Source of the DNA: a virus
IMG/VR virus record: IMGVR_UViG_3300029217_000180
DNA: 64,000 nucleotides
Direction: 5' to 3' (one strand)
The notes under the pieces were generated by a model. It did no database searches and had not been told where the DNA came from. It saw only the letters and a program-made list of their open reading frames with translations. Position numbers and translations under genes: made by a program. Of this stretch, positions 1-9,844 are shown piece after piece (the stretch's first letter is position 1; every line of letters starts with the position of its first letter).

Positions 1-31
1 TAGATGGTCTGACGGATTACATTAAATTTTT

Positions 32-325
32 TTGAAGAGAATGTTTAGCCAGACAAACAAAATTATGAAAGAAAGGAGAAAAATCGGTATGTTAGGAAAA
101 ACCGCAAAGGGAAAACAGGCAGAGGATAAAGAGACGGAGTATGCTTCCTATGAGATTTGCCGGAAGAGCAAAGTGGGAGAGTATATTCAGGCAGGGCAGG
201 AGTTTTTTGTGGCTGATATGAAAAAGAAAAAGATTTACAGCTCCAATGATCTGCGCCTGAGAGAGTTATCGGAAAAGGTAGACTCTGAGGACACATTCGT
301 ATTCAAAGAAGCAACTTATATGTAA
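32..325 (+). CDS. hypothetical protein
   Basis: 97-aa ORF in provided track, same strand as downstream operon; no recognisable motif. Confidence 0.35.
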   Translation: MKRMFSQTNKIMKERRKIGMLGKTAKGKQAEDKETEYASYEICRKSKVGEYIQAGQEFFVADMKKKKIYSSNDLRLRELSEKVDSEDTFVFKEATYM

Positions 326-348
326 CACCAGAAAGGAGAAACAGAGAA

Positions 349-1484
349 GTGAGTAACAAACACGTTATATCCGACCTCTACCAGATGCAGTCCTTGCCGC
401 TTAATGCAAAAATCAGCATGACACAGCGGAGAATCAGGGAGTGGGTAGATGAGTACGGAGAGGATGGTGTGTATATCTCTTTCTCTGGTGGAAAAGACAG
501 TACAGTTCTTCTTGATATTGCGAGAAAACTGTACCCCAACATTAAGGCAATGTTCATAGATACAGGCCTTGAATATCCAGAGATAAGAGAGTTTGTTAAG
601 ACTTTTGAAAATGTGGATTGGATAAAACCAAAACTGACATTTCGGAAAGTAATTGAGAAATATGGCTATCCGTTCATAGGAAAAGAAATCAGTAATTGTA
701 TATATGGTGCAAGAAAAGGTTCTAAAACAAGATTAAAACGGCTTCAAGGCGCAGTAACGACAGGGGGGGCAGCAAGAAATCAAGATTTAATTGTGAAAAA
801 TGGCGGTTCATGCTTGAAGCTCCATTTGAAGTGAATGATACGTGCTGCGCTGTAATGAAGAAAAGACCGGCAAAGAAATATTACAAAGAAACCGGTAAAA
901 GACCAATACTTGCGATGCTTGCATCGGAAAGTCAAAAGAGGACGATAGGGTGGCTGAAAACAGGGTGCAATGCGTTTGAATTAAAATATCCGCAAAGCCA
1001 ACCAATGGCATTTTGGACGGAGCAGGACATACTTCTCTACATACGGCAGTTGCAGGACGAATACGACCAGAACTTAGCAGCTTGCAACATGGAAGTCCGA
1101 TGCAGGGCAGATAAGACCAAAAGAAGAAAAGCCAGAAAATACATTAAAAAACAGCCAAAGAGGTTTGAAATCTGTTCCGTATACGGAAAAGTTGTGACAG
1201 AGGATGAGGCACACGGTCAAATGACATTAGCTGATGTAAGCAATATGGAAATCTTCGACCTCGGCAGGCCGGTTCTCAAAACGACCGGATGTGAACGTAC
1301 TGGTTGTATGTTCTGCGGCTATGGATGCCACCTTGAAAAGTCCCCAGGAAGATTTGAAAAGATGAAACTCACTCATCCAAAACAGTATGAGTACATTATG
1401 AAATCGTGGGATGAGGGAGGTCTTGGATTCAAGGAAATTATTGATTGGATCAATGAACATGGAAATCTAAATATCAGATATTAG
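349..1484 (+). CDS. PAPS-reductase/DndC-like PP-loop ATP pyrophosphatase, encoded as two ORF pieces (349-834 and frame-0 continuation to 1484) joined by a -1 shift at G7 tract 763-769
   Basis: SFSGGKDSTVLLDIA PP-loop motif of PAPS reductase family; adding one G to the 7-G run fuses both pieces into one ~378-aa protein; C-terminal part has CxxC motifs. Confidence 0.7.
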
Positions 1485-1490
1485 GAGGTA

Positions 1491-1805
1491 ATGGTATTGA
1501 CACAGGAACAGATGAGAAACCTCAACACCATCGTAGAAACGTATGGAAACGATGCACAGGAGGATATGGCTATTGAAGAGTGTTCGGAACTCGTCAAAGC
1601 CATTCTGAAATTCCGCCGTAGCGATGAGAAAACAGCGGAAATGAGAGAAGCAGTGATAGATGAAATTGCAGATGTACAGATCATGCTCACACAGTTGGAA
1701 ATTATTTTTAACTGTGTAGCGGAGGTTGAGGATCGAATTGATTTCAAAATCAATCGACAGATGGGGCGAATTAAGGAAAGAGAGGCAAAACGTGATGTTT
1801 GTTAA
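1491..1805 (+). CDS. MazG-like nucleotide pyrophosphohydrolase (small all-alpha NTP-PPase)
   Basis: AGGAGG RBS then ATG; EExxE / IADV motifs of MazG-like family (MAIEECSELVKA, EIADVQIML). Confidence 0.5.
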   Translation: MVLTQEQMRNLNTIVETYGNDAQEDMAIEECSELVKAILKFRRSDEKTAEMREAVIDEIADVQIMLTQLEIIFNCVAEVEDRIDFKINRQMGRIKEREAKRDVC

Positions 1806-2103
1806 GTCTCAGGATGGAGCAGTAGTTCTGAACAACGACAAGGTAACAGAATACAGCACGGACAGCAAATATGATGGGCGGTACAAGGTTGCTGCCCTCG
1901 TAGGAGAAAGTAGAGTAGTGATTGGCAGATACTCTACGAAAGAAAAATGCAGAATGGCGATTTCGATGCTTATGGACTGCTACACCATGAATTTGCTGTT
2001 TGAAAGAGGACAGGATGAAAACCCCAGAGACTTAGTATGTGAATATGTGGCGGATCAACCACTTGGAGTATTCGAGATGCCGCAGGAGGATGAGATCGAA
2101 TAG
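1794..2103 (+). CDS. hypothetical protein (starts MFVKSQDG)
   Basis: ORF between MazG-like and MazF-like genes; start chosen at internal ATG with upstream GGAAAGAGAGG. Confidence 0.4.
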
Positions 2104-2112
2104 GAGGACACT

Positions 2113-2649
2113 ATGAACAAAGAATTTTATAGAGGGGAAATCTTCTATATCCGCAACGAGAGTGAATATAGCGGAAATGTACAGGGGGGGGGTAGACCTG
2201 CGGTAATCATAAGCAATGATATTGGTAACAACGCAGGTCCTATATTGGAAGTGGTTTACCTTACCACCCAGGAAAAGAAACCGTTGCCGACACACGTTAA
2301 AATTAACAGTTCAAAATATCCGTCCACTGTGCTTTGTGAGCAGATTGACACGGTAAATAAGGATAAGGTTGGAGACTACATAGGGCAGTGTTCTATGGCG
2401 GAAATGAAAAAGATTGATGCGGCATTGGCGGTAAGTATCGGTATTGGAATTAACATCAAATCAAATGATCTGGTAAAGAAGTGGGCGGAAGCTGCAAATG
2501 AAGCAGTGAAGCCAGACGAGAAAGAACCCGAACCTATTGCAGAAAAGGTGGAGATGCCGGACATTGAGACACAGTTGGAAATTGCAAAGATAACTGCTGA
2601 GAGGGACGTGTATAAGCGGTTATACGAGGATGCAATGGCACGGAGATAG
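2113..2649 (+). CDS. MazF/PemK-family endoribonuclease toxin-like protein with C-terminal acidic extension
   Basis: GEIFYI..GRPAVIISND..ILEVVYLTT pattern matches PemK/MazF fold motifs; AGGAGG RBS; contains in-frame G9 tract (2184-2192, encodes GGG). Confidence 0.5.
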   Translation: MNKEFYRGEIFYIRNESEYSGNVQGGGRPAVIISNDIGNNAGPILEVVYLTTQEKKPLPTHVKINSSKYPSTVLCEQIDTVNKDKVGDYIGQCSMAEMKKIDAALAVSIGIGINIKSNDLVKKWAEAANEAVKPDEKEPEPIAEKVEMPDIETQLEIAKITAERDVYKRLYEDAMARR

Positions 2650-2657
2650 GAGGAAGC

Positions 2658-3383
2658 ATGGCTCTAATAAAGAGAGATAGAGAAAACTTCTGGATGTTAA
2701 ATTGGCTTGATGAATACATGACCGGTCACAAAGGATTTATATGTGGAGGATGTTTCAAAAACATATTCAATAAAGAAAAGGTAAAGGATCTTGATATTTT
2801 CTTTGAGAATAAAAGTGATTTTGATGATGCGGTACAGTATTTTGACAGCCAGACACCGGGATATGACGGAGACGATGTAAGAGATGAGAAATATCATTTC
2901 CACTACGAAAACGACAACGTAAAGGCGTACAAACACATTGAAACGGGTGTTGTGATTGAACTTTGTTGCAAAATATTTGGAAAACCGGAAGAAATTCTGA
3001 ATAAGTTCGATTTCACAATTACGAAGTTCGCATATTACAAAGAGGAAGTAGAGGATGAAACTGGTGCGGTAGCGGAAAAACAAGAACTTCCGTTTGAAAC
3101 TCTGGAAGATGAACATTTCTTAGAGGAAATTGGAAGAGCGGAAACACACATTGAGTACAAAATCCTGATGGATGATGCGTTTTTTGAACATCTACATCTT
3201 AAACGGATTGTGATTGATAAAGATATTCCATTTCCAATGAGCACTTTTGAACGGATGCTGAGATATGCAAAGTACGGATATTTCCCATGCAAAGAAACAA
3301 AGATGAAGATAATCAATGCACTTAGGGATTTGACAGACGAACAGGTTGAATTATCTGAAAGCCTTTATGACGGCATGGATTAA
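2658..3383 (+). CDS. Pol-beta superfamily nucleotidyltransferase
   Basis: ICGGCFKNIFNKEKVKDLDIFF fits hG[GS]x9-13DhD minimal NTase motif; AGGAGG RBS. Confidence 0.5.
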   Translation: MALIKRDRENFWMLNWLDEYMTGHKGFICGGCFKNIFNKEKVKDLDIFFENKSDFDDAVQYFDSQTPGYDGDDVRDEKYHFHYENDNVKAYKHIETGVVIELCCKIFGKPEEILNKFDFTITKFAYYKEEVEDETGAVAEKQELPFETLEDEHFLEEIGRAETHIEYKILMDDAFFEHLHLKRIVIDKDIPFPMSTFERMLRYAKYGYFPCKETKMKIINALRDLTDEQVELSESLYDGMD

Positions 3384-3392
3384 GGAGGAAAG

Positions 3393-3923
3393 ATGAAAAA
3401 GACAGCGAGAGTAATTATCACATCAAAGTGTGACCGGAAGTGCCCGGGGTGCTGCAACAGCAAATTGGACTACACATCATTGGCGAAAGTGATTGGCGGT
3501 ATCACGGCATTAAAGGACTATGAGGAAGTTGTGATTACCGGCGGAGAGCCTATGATAAATCCGGCACAGCTCTACACAGTCATTAAAATGCTCAGAAAGC
3601 AGAATAAGAGACAGAAAATCTATCTTTATACGGCTTGTCTGACAATGGACGATCATCCGGTAATTTTAAAACACTTGGACGGTATCACAGTAACAGTCCA
3701 TGCGGAAGCCACAGATGAGGATATTCGTAATCTGAAATACATGAGTTCCAATCTCTACGATGAGGACTTGGATATGCGCCTGTTTATCGACAAGAGGGCG
3801 TACGACAGGTACGACTTATCTAATATCTGCATGAAAACATGGGATGTAGTGAGAAAACTGGAATGGAAAGAAAAGTGCGATCCGGCAGAAAACGAAGAAC
3901 TGTTTTTGTGGAATCTTTATTAA
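3393..3923 (+). CDS. small radical SAM protein (QueE/NrdG-like single 4Fe-4S cluster activase family)
   Basis: CDRKCPGCC = CX3CX2C radical-SAM motif; ITGGEP glycine-rich SAM-binding motif; 176 aa. Confidence 0.7.
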   Translation: MKKTARVIITSKCDRKCPGCCNSKLDYTSLAKVIGGITALKDYEEVVITGGEPMINPAQLYTVIKMLRKQNKRQKIYLYTACLTMDDHPVILKHLDGITVTVHAEATDEDIRNLKYMSSNLYDEDLDMRLFIDKRAYDRYDLSNICMKTWDVVRKLEWKEKCDPAENEELFLWNLY

Positions 3924-3933
3924 GGAGGCTGCC

Positions 3934-4203
3934 ATGGAAACTTATAGAGTTGTATCAATTACAGACAGAAAAGGCAATCCGAGAATTGAGGGCAGATACC
4001 CTCTCAGAGTAGGGAGAATGTGCAAGAAACCCACTCCAAGAAACGGAGATGCCATGATGATTGAATGGTTGGCTCAGCCGGATGGAACGCCGTATGTCGG
4101 CATGATTGTTACGAGTACGGTTATCGGATTCAAGACCGAGGATAGAGGAAAATACATCGAGGTAACAACCAGAAATTCAATCTACACATTTGAGAGAGTA
4201 TGA
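3934..4203 (+). CDS. hypothetical protein
   Basis: 89-aa ORF, AAGGAGG RBS, tight spacing in operon. Confidence 0.45.
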   Translation: METYRVVSITDRKGNPRIEGRYPLRVGRMCKKPTPRNGDAMMIEWLAQPDGTPYVGMIVTSTVIGFKTEDRGKYIEVTTRNSIYTFERV

Positions 4204-4772
4204 GAGAAACAGAAACTTTTGAGTATATCCGCCGGAAGTACCCGGATAAGGAAGAAACATGGAGAAAAGTCACACAGCTTGTCAAGTTTGATGAGAATTT
4301 GGAAGTAAAGAGCGTGCATGACTTCAACATGGAGTGCTACATATCGTCATTTGGCAGGCTCATACGGAATGGAATCCTCTGCAATATGGCATACGGAGAT
4401 AAATACGATATTTCCAGTATGTTCACAGATACGGACGGAAACCAAGTACGGTTTAAGAGACACCAGATTGTTATGCAGACTTTCTTCATGGGCGATAGAC
4501 GGCGGTATGACACCGTAGACCATATAAACAACATGGAGAGGTTTGACAACAGCATATACAACCTCAGATGGGCGGATAAGGGCATACAGTGCGGAAACCG
4601 TAAGGACAAGCCAGGGAAACACAGAATGGTTATCTGCATAGGCGATGAGGAAGAAATCTTTTTCTCATGCCGGGAGGCGGAACGTCTGTACAATCTACCG
4701 CCGAACTCAGTTGGTAAGGTGTGCCGTGGAGAACTGGAATCCATATATGGTTATAGATTTGGATATTTATAA
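4200..4772 (+). CDS. HNH endonuclease
   Basis: TVDHINNMERFDNSIYNLRWA HNH_3-type motif (His..Asn..Asn). Confidence 0.7.
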   Translation: MRETETFEYIRRKYPDKEETWRKVTQLVKFDENLEVKSVHDFNMECYISSFGRLIRNGILCNMAYGDKYDISSMFTDTDGNQVRFKRHQIVMQTFFMGDRRRYDTVDHINNMERFDNSIYNLRWADKGIQCGNRKDKPGKHRMVICIGDEEEIFFSCREAERLYNLPPNSVGKVCRGELESIYGYRFGYL

Positions 4773-4783
4773 GGAGATCAGAG

Positions 4784-5389
4784 ATGGGAAAAGATTGGAC
4801 CGGAAACGGCAAGAGTATTTTTACAACCCTTGGTGCATCCAACCACACAGAGAAAGAAAGAGAGATTAACGACTACTATGCGACAGACCCTATCGCAGTA
4901 GACGCGTTGTTACAGGGGGGGGCAGAGCTGAATCGTAAGATTTGGGAGTGCTCTGCAGGACAAGGACACTTATCAGAACGTCTCATAGAACTCGGTTATG
5001 AGGTCCGCAGTACGGATCTTATCGACAGAGGGTATGGAGAGGGTGGAATAGACTTCTTGCAGACAACAGAAATGTGGGATGGCGATATTCTTACCAATCC
5101 TCCGTACAAGTACGCAAAAGAGTTCATTGAGCACGCAATGACGATCATACCGGACGGGAGAAAGGTGTTCATGTTCCTTAAATTACAGTTCTTGGAGGGA
5201 AAGGCAAGAGGCGAGCTGTTTAAGAAATACCCTCCGAGATATGTATATGTGTCACGCAGCCGTATTCTGTGCGCCAAAAATGGAATGTTTGAGGAAATGA
5301 AAGCCGGAGGCGGAAGTGCAGTTGCGTATGCGTGGTATGAGTTTCAAAAAGGTTATAAGGGAGTGAGCATTATTAAGTGGATAAATTAG
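4784..5389 (+). CDS. DNA N6-adenine methyltransferase (small NPPY type)
   Basis: ILTNPPYKY motif IV; AGxG-like SAM motif ECSAGQGHL; contains in-frame G8 tract 4915-4922. Confidence 0.7.
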   Translation: MGKDWTGNGKSIFTTLGASNHTEKEREINDYYATDPIAVDALLQGGAELNRKIWECSAGQGHLSERLIELGYEVRSTDLIDRGYGEGGIDFLQTTEMWDGDILTNPPYKYAKEFIEHAMTIIPDGRKVFMFLKLQFLEGKARGELFKKYPPRYVYVSRSRILCAKNGMFEEMKAGGGSAVAYAWYEFQKGYKGVSIIKWIN

Positions 5390-6078
5390 ATTTTGGTTAC
5401 TACAACATGGACTGTATGGCCGGCATGAAACTTTTCCCTGATAAATACTTTGATGTGGCAATCGTAGACCCACCATACGGAATCAATGCGCCGAACATGG
5501 CGATGGGAACCAATAAGAGCCGGACGAAGAACGGTTATCCATCCGAAAGCACCGCAAGCAGATTGAAACGGAGTGGACAGGTAAAGGAATGGGATAGCAA
5601 ACCGCCAACGGAGGAATACTTCAAAGAATTGTTTCGCGTATCGAAAAATCAGATTATATGGGGCGGAAATTATTTCAATCTGCCACCAACAAAGTGCTTT
5701 GTTGTATGGGATAAGGTGCAGCCGTGGGATGCCTTTTCGCAAGCGGAGATTGCGTGGACTTCTTACAATCTCCCGGCAAAACTGTTCAGATACTCAAACA
5801 CTGGCGGACCAAATTCAGAGAAGCGCATCCATCCAACCCAGAAACCGATAGCATTGTACGAATATCTAGTAGGTGCTTTTAAGCTATCGGGGGGGGTGGT
5901 ACTTGACACCCATGTAGGATCTGCGTCAAGCCTCATTGCATATCACAGAAACGGCGTGAGGTTTGTAGGGTTTGAGATAGACACCGAGATGTACGAGGTT
6001 TCAAATGCGAGACTGGAAAGAGAAAAAGCACAATTATCCCTATTCGATTTAGGGATGGAAAGGAATGGAGATGAGTAG
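5377..6078 (+). CDS. beta-class DNA methyltransferase (DPPY; N4-C or N6-A)
   Basis: IVDPPYGI motif IV followed by HPTQKPIALYEYLV and VLDTHVGSASS motif I order typical of beta-class MTases; in-frame G8 tract 5889-5896. Confidence 0.75.
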   Translation: MDKLDFGYYNMDCMAGMKLFPDKYFDVAIVDPPYGINAPNMAMGTNKSRTKNGYPSESTASRLKRSGQVKEWDSKPPTEEYFKELFRVSKNQIIWGGNYFNLPPTKCFVVWDKVQPWDAFSQAEIAWTSYNLPAKLFRYSNTGGPNSEKRIHPTQKPIALYEYLVGAFKLSGGVVLDTHVGSASSLIAYHRNGVRFVGFEIDTEMYEVSNARLEREKAQLSLFDLGMERNGDE

Positions 6079-6628
6079 TTTTGTACCGATTTATGCGGTT
6101 GATTTTGACGGAACACTCTGCGAAAGTAAGTGGCCCGGAATTGGCGCGCCGAACAAAAAACTGATACAGCATCTTATTCAACGCAGAACAGAGGGAGCAA
6201 AAGTGATCCTTTGGACTTGCAGAGTGGAAGAACATCTGAAAGAAGCGGTGGACTGGTGCGGTAAATTTGGCTTAGAGTTCGATGCGGTCAATGATAATCT
6301 GCCGGAAAACGTTGAAAAATATGGTAACAATCCAAGAAAAGTGTATGCCACTTGCTATATTGACGATTTGGCTGTGGATAAAAGAAAATACGATCTTCCG
6401 TTTCATACGGACGAAAAGATCGACTATTCAAAATTCGATAAATACCCTCTTGGAAGTGAGTGGATGTTAAAGACGGAATATGCAGAGCTTCCGGTGGTAG
6501 TAGAAGAGGTAAATGCTTTTCACGGGTGTATCGGTGTAAGAAGCACGAGCGAAGAGGATAAATTTAGATATTTCAAGATTCGCCGTGACATTGAATGGTT
6601 TTATGACAAATTATTTCCAAAGGAGTGA
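6065..6628 (+). CDS. HAD-superfamily hydrolase (nucleotidase/phosphatase-like)
   Basis: AVDFDGTLC DxDGT motif I near N-terminus; 187 aa. Confidence 0.5.
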   Translation: MEMSSFVPIYAVDFDGTLCESKWPGIGAPNKKLIQHLIQRRTEGAKVILWTCRVEEHLKEAVDWCGKFGLEFDAVNDNLPENVEKYGNNPRKVYATCYIDDLAVDKRKYDLPFHTDEKIDYSKFDKYPLGSEWMLKTEYAELPVVVEEVNAFHGCIGVRSTSEEDKFRYFKIRRDIEWFYDKLFPKE

Positions 6629-6635
6629 TGCGTTT

Positions 6636-6791
6636 ATGAAGAAAAAGAAAATCAATCCACAGGAATTTGACTGCGGATGTTGTGGAAATCAGATTTATAA
6701 GAGCCGCCTTAGAGACGAGGTAAAATGCTGTTATTGCGGTTATATCAACCATGTAGGAAAATACACAGGTAGGAGGAAGAGACTTGGATAA
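6636..6791 (+). CDS. small zinc-ribbon protein
   Basis: CGCCGN..17..CCYCG two Cys pairs; likely start MKKKK at 6636 rather than the overlapping upstream ATG. Confidence 0.35.
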   Translation: MKKKKINPQEFDCGCCGNQIYKSRLRDEVKCCYCGYINHVGKYTGRRKRLG

Positions 6792-7596
6792 AACGAAAAT
6801 AGAGTGGGCTGACAGCACATGGAATCCGATTACCGGCTGCCGTCATAAATGCCCTTATTGTTATGCCAGAGGCATTGCAAACCGTTTTGTATCACGGAAA
6901 GGATGCCATCTGGTAGAACCGGAGACGTACAAACTCGGAGACGATGGTTCTGAAACTTATGAGATAAATGAGCAACCGTATTATGTTGATGATGAGACCG
7001 GAAAACAATTCAGATGCGCCTATCCGCATGGATTTGTGCCGACAATCCACAGATACCGCATGGGAGAATACAGAGACAAAAAGAGGCAGAGAAATATCTT
7101 TGTCGGTTCAATGTCGGATGTGTTTGGAGAGTGGGTCCCTGATAGATGGATCAGGGAAGTGTTTAATGCTTGTGAGAAAGCTCCGCAGCATAATTACCTC
7201 TTCCTCACGAAGAATCCTGGAAGATATATGGAGCTGCATCATTACGGAGAATTACCACTCAGAGATAATATGTGGTACGGAACGACAGTCACAGATCCAG
7301 ATACGGAGTATATGGGGCAGGACGGACACTATGAGTTCCATACGTTTTTGTCAGTAGAGCCTATACTGGCAGACTTTGGAGAGCTGAGTGAGAAATCATA
7401 CATCCCGGAGTGGATCATCGTAGGAGCGGAGACTGGCAGCAGAAAAGATAAAGTCATACCAAGACGAGAATGGATTGAAAATATTGTGGAGCAGTGCAGA
7501 AAGTACAACATACCGGTATTTATGAAACCGAGCCTCACGGACATTTGGGGCGAAGAACTCATTCAAGAGTTTCCGAAAGCTCTTATTCATGCCTGA
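6784..7596 (+). CDS. phage Gp37/Gp68 family protein (DUF5131)
   Basis: N-terminal KIEWADSTWNPITGCRHKCPYCYA signature of Phage_Gp37Gp68 family; TTG/GTG-type start region. Confidence 0.65.
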   Translation: MDKTKIEWADSTWNPITGCRHKCPYCYARGIANRFVSRKGCHLVEPETYKLGDDGSETYEINEQPYYVDDETGKQFRCAYPHGFVPTIHRYRMGEYRDKKRQRNIFVGSMSDVFGEWVPDRWIREVFNACEKAPQHNYLFLTKNPGRYMELHHYGELPLRDNMWYGTTVTDPDTEYMGQDGHYEFHTFLSVEPILADFGELSEKSYIPEWIIVGAETGSRKDKVIPRREWIENIVEQCRKYNIPVFMKPSLTDIWGEELIQEFPKALIHA

Positions 7597-7801
7597 TTTA
7601 TTCCAGAGCATTGATAAGAATATGCTTAAATCGCCGGTAGCGTACTGCAAAACACATAAAGGGTATCTATCAACAAAGCAAATGAAAGTCCATAAGTGCC
7701 TGCAGATAGGATGCACTGGACTGGAAAGGTTGGAACATCCCTACTGGGAGGAACGCCAACGGAAAAAGGATGAAGCAAAGAGGAAAAAGAAGCAACAGTA
7801 A
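7589..7801 (+). CDS. hypothetical protein
   Basis: 70-aa ORF, Lys-rich tail. Confidence 0.3.
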   Translation: MPDLFQSIDKNMLKSPVAYCKTHKGYLSTKQMKVHKCLQIGCTGLERLEHPYWEERQRKKDEAKRKKKQQ

Positions 7802-8381
7802 ATTGGTTCACGTTTCATTTGATGAAGTAGAGAGATTTGTTCCGAGAGTTCCGAAACAGATTTGCCCGGATGAGGATAACACCACTCCGAGGATATGCGT
7901 AGCACCTAACATATTGAGTGCAATCCAGGCGATGCCGCAAGGCGGAACAGTGGCGTACAACATGGCAAGAATCGGTGTGCCGGTTGTTATCCATGCGTAT
8001 TACATAGAGAGTGATGCTATCCTCATGCCGGAGCAGATAGCGGATAAAGTGCCGGATGCCGTTGCCACAGGAGAAATGTGGGTTATGGCAGTTCCGGCAG
8101 CAGTCCGGCGGATAGATTACGAGATTGTTGATCCGTATGTGCCTATGAGGATTGATAGGAATGGCACGAGAGAACGATTTCTTGTATGGTACGGAGAATT
8201 GAAACGGGTTCAGTATCAGGATAATTGGAGAAATCTATCTACCAGAACAGCCAGAAATCAAAAGGCGGTAGAGTGGTTTATGGAAAATAAGCCAGACATA
8301 TCGTACAGAACATTTATGTCAAATATGGACGATGAACTATTGAAATCATTCCATGTGGAATTACAGGAGGTATGGGAGTGA
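7770..8381 (+). CDS. hypothetical protein
   Basis: 203-aa ORF in operon. Confidence 0.4.
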   Translation: MKQRGKRSNSKLVHVSFDEVERFVPRVPKQICPDEDNTTPRICVAPNILSAIQAMPQGGTVAYNMARIGVPVVIHAYYIESDAILMPEQIADKVPDAVATGEMWVMAVPAAVRRIDYEIVDPYVPMRIDRNGTRERFLVWYGELKRVQYQDNWRNLSTRTARNQKAVEWFMENKPDISYRTFMSNMDDELLKSFHVELQEVWE

Positions 8382-8683
8382 ACAAACAGAAGAAATTAGC
8401 AAAGCAGAACACGCCGTTGTATAAGAGAGTACCGACACTTAATCTGGTGGACTATTCAGATATAAAAGTGCCGCTAGTAGTGATATGTGACAGCCCGAAA
8501 GACTTTCCGGGAAAAGTGGTGGCAAGAGTGTGGGACGGAGAGAAGAATCGGCCAACGAATGTTTACTGCGAATATGAAAACCTTAAAAGATGCGAAGATG
8601 ATGTAATGTCAGCCGGATTTATTTTTAAGTTCCCGAGGACACCAGAGGACGATGCGTGCATCGTTGAAACATACATGAGATAG
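8372..8683 (+). CDS. hypothetical protein
   Basis: 103-aa ORF overlapping previous stop. Confidence 0.4.
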   Translation: MGVNKQKKLAKQNTPLYKRVPTLNLVDYSDIKVPLVVICDSPKDFPGKVVARVWDGEKNRPTNVYCEYENLKRCEDDVMSAGFIFKFPRTPEDDACIVETYMR

Positions 8684-8693
8684 GAGGATTGCA

Positions 8694-8993
8694 ATGGCAA
8701 AGAAGAGAAGCTGCCGCAGAACAGTAAATGAAGATAAGGTACATGAAAAAGCGGTTAAAATCCGCAAAATGACTGATGAACAGTTGGTGCAGTATGTCAA
8801 TGACAGAGTGGAAAAAGCCAGGAGCGAGGGATTTAATCAGGGAAAGAAATCGGTTACCGGAATAACAGTCAACGAGTTTCTGAAAGAAATCTCAAAAATC
8901 AAAGGTGTCGGAGATGCCACAATCTGCAAAATCATGGAGCATTTCAGAGAGAAAGGGATCAAGGATGAAAAAGACACCACTACAAATATTTGA
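8694..8993 (+). CDS. hypothetical protein
   Basis: AGGAGG RBS + ATG; 99 aa. Confidence 0.45.
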   Translation: MAKKRSCRRTVNEDKVHEKAVKIRKMTDEQLVQYVNDRVEKARSEGFNQGKKSVTGITVNEFLKEISKIKGVGDATICKIMEHFREKGIKDEKDTTTNI

Positions 8994-9192
8994 GGAACGG
9001 AACGAAAAGGCGTGCTGCCTCAACTGTGAAAAACTGATAGTCAAGCACACAAAGACAGGACACATAAATTTCTGTGGAGAGAGTGAGAAAATCATTCTGG
9101 ATATGTTTCTTGATACCGGAACAAACTTCTCAGGATGCAAATATGCAAGAAAGGAACCGGATGATGATAAAAACATGGTTCAAGGAGTATGA
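8965..9192 (+). CDS. hypothetical Cys-containing protein (starts MKKTPLQIF)
   Basis: internal ATG with AAGGA RBS chosen over longer overlapping ORF 8905-9192. Confidence 0.35.
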   Translation: MKKTPLQIFEERNEKACCLNCEKLIVKHTKTGHINFCGESEKIILDMFLDTGTNFSGCKYARKEPDDDKNMVQGV

Positions 9193-9445
9193 AAAGATCA
9201 AGGACAAGGCAGTTGTGGTATATCCGTATGAGTGGGATTGTATGTCAGAGAAACAGCGGAATAAGATTCTTTCCAAGAAAACCGTTATTATGAGCGGAGA
9301 AAGCGGATATGCCTGTAAATATTATGAGATTATCGGAAACGTAAATAATCTGTCCGACCATGACTGTGCAATCATAGCAGACGGTGGAAACCTATGTTTT
9401 GGTTACAGAATGGAGGGACGGAAAATAGTGGTATACACGGATTAA
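9161..9445 (+). CDS. hypothetical protein (starts MMIKTWFKEY)
   Basis: GAAAGGAA RBS before ATG at 9161; frame of track ORF 9074-9445. Confidence 0.4.
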   Translation: MMIKTWFKEYEKIKDKAVVVYPYEWDCMSEKQRNKILSKKTVIMSGESGYACKYYEIIGNVNNLSDHDCAIIADGGNLCFGYRMEGRKIVVYTD

Positions 9446-9454
9446 GGAGGATAT

Positions 9455-9844
9455 GTGATGATTACAGCAAGAGAATTAGCAGACAAGCTCAATGGAAGAG
9501 CATACGGAGACAGTTTTGACGATGTAAAGCAGGAAGCAAAGGAAAGCGGCCTGGTTATCGTTTACGGAGCATCTGACGATCTCATGGAGTTCGATGGTGC
9601 AATCTACGATGAGGGTGGTTGCTTCGATGGAGGAAGAGTGTACTTCGACAGAGACGGCGTAGACCAGGAGGGAGAAGAACGTGCAAACTGGATAGATGCT
9701 GTCTGGTGTGATGGCATGAACAGGGACGGACTTCCGGCAACATGGACTTACAAAACAGACATTCCTTGCGAACAATTTGACATCTGGGAAGATGGAGAGA
9801 TTTACTGTGTAGGTCTTGTATTCTCAATCGAGGATCTGAAATGA
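9455..9844 (+). CDS. hypothetical protein
   Basis: AAGGAGG RBS then GTG/ATG; 129 aa. Confidence 0.45.
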   Translation: MMITARELADKLNGRAYGDSFDDVKQEAKESGLVIVYGASDDLMEFDGAIYDEGGCFDGGRVYFDRDGVDQEGEERANWIDAVWCDGMNRDGLPATWTYKTDIPCEQFDIWEDGEIYCVGLVFSIEDLK

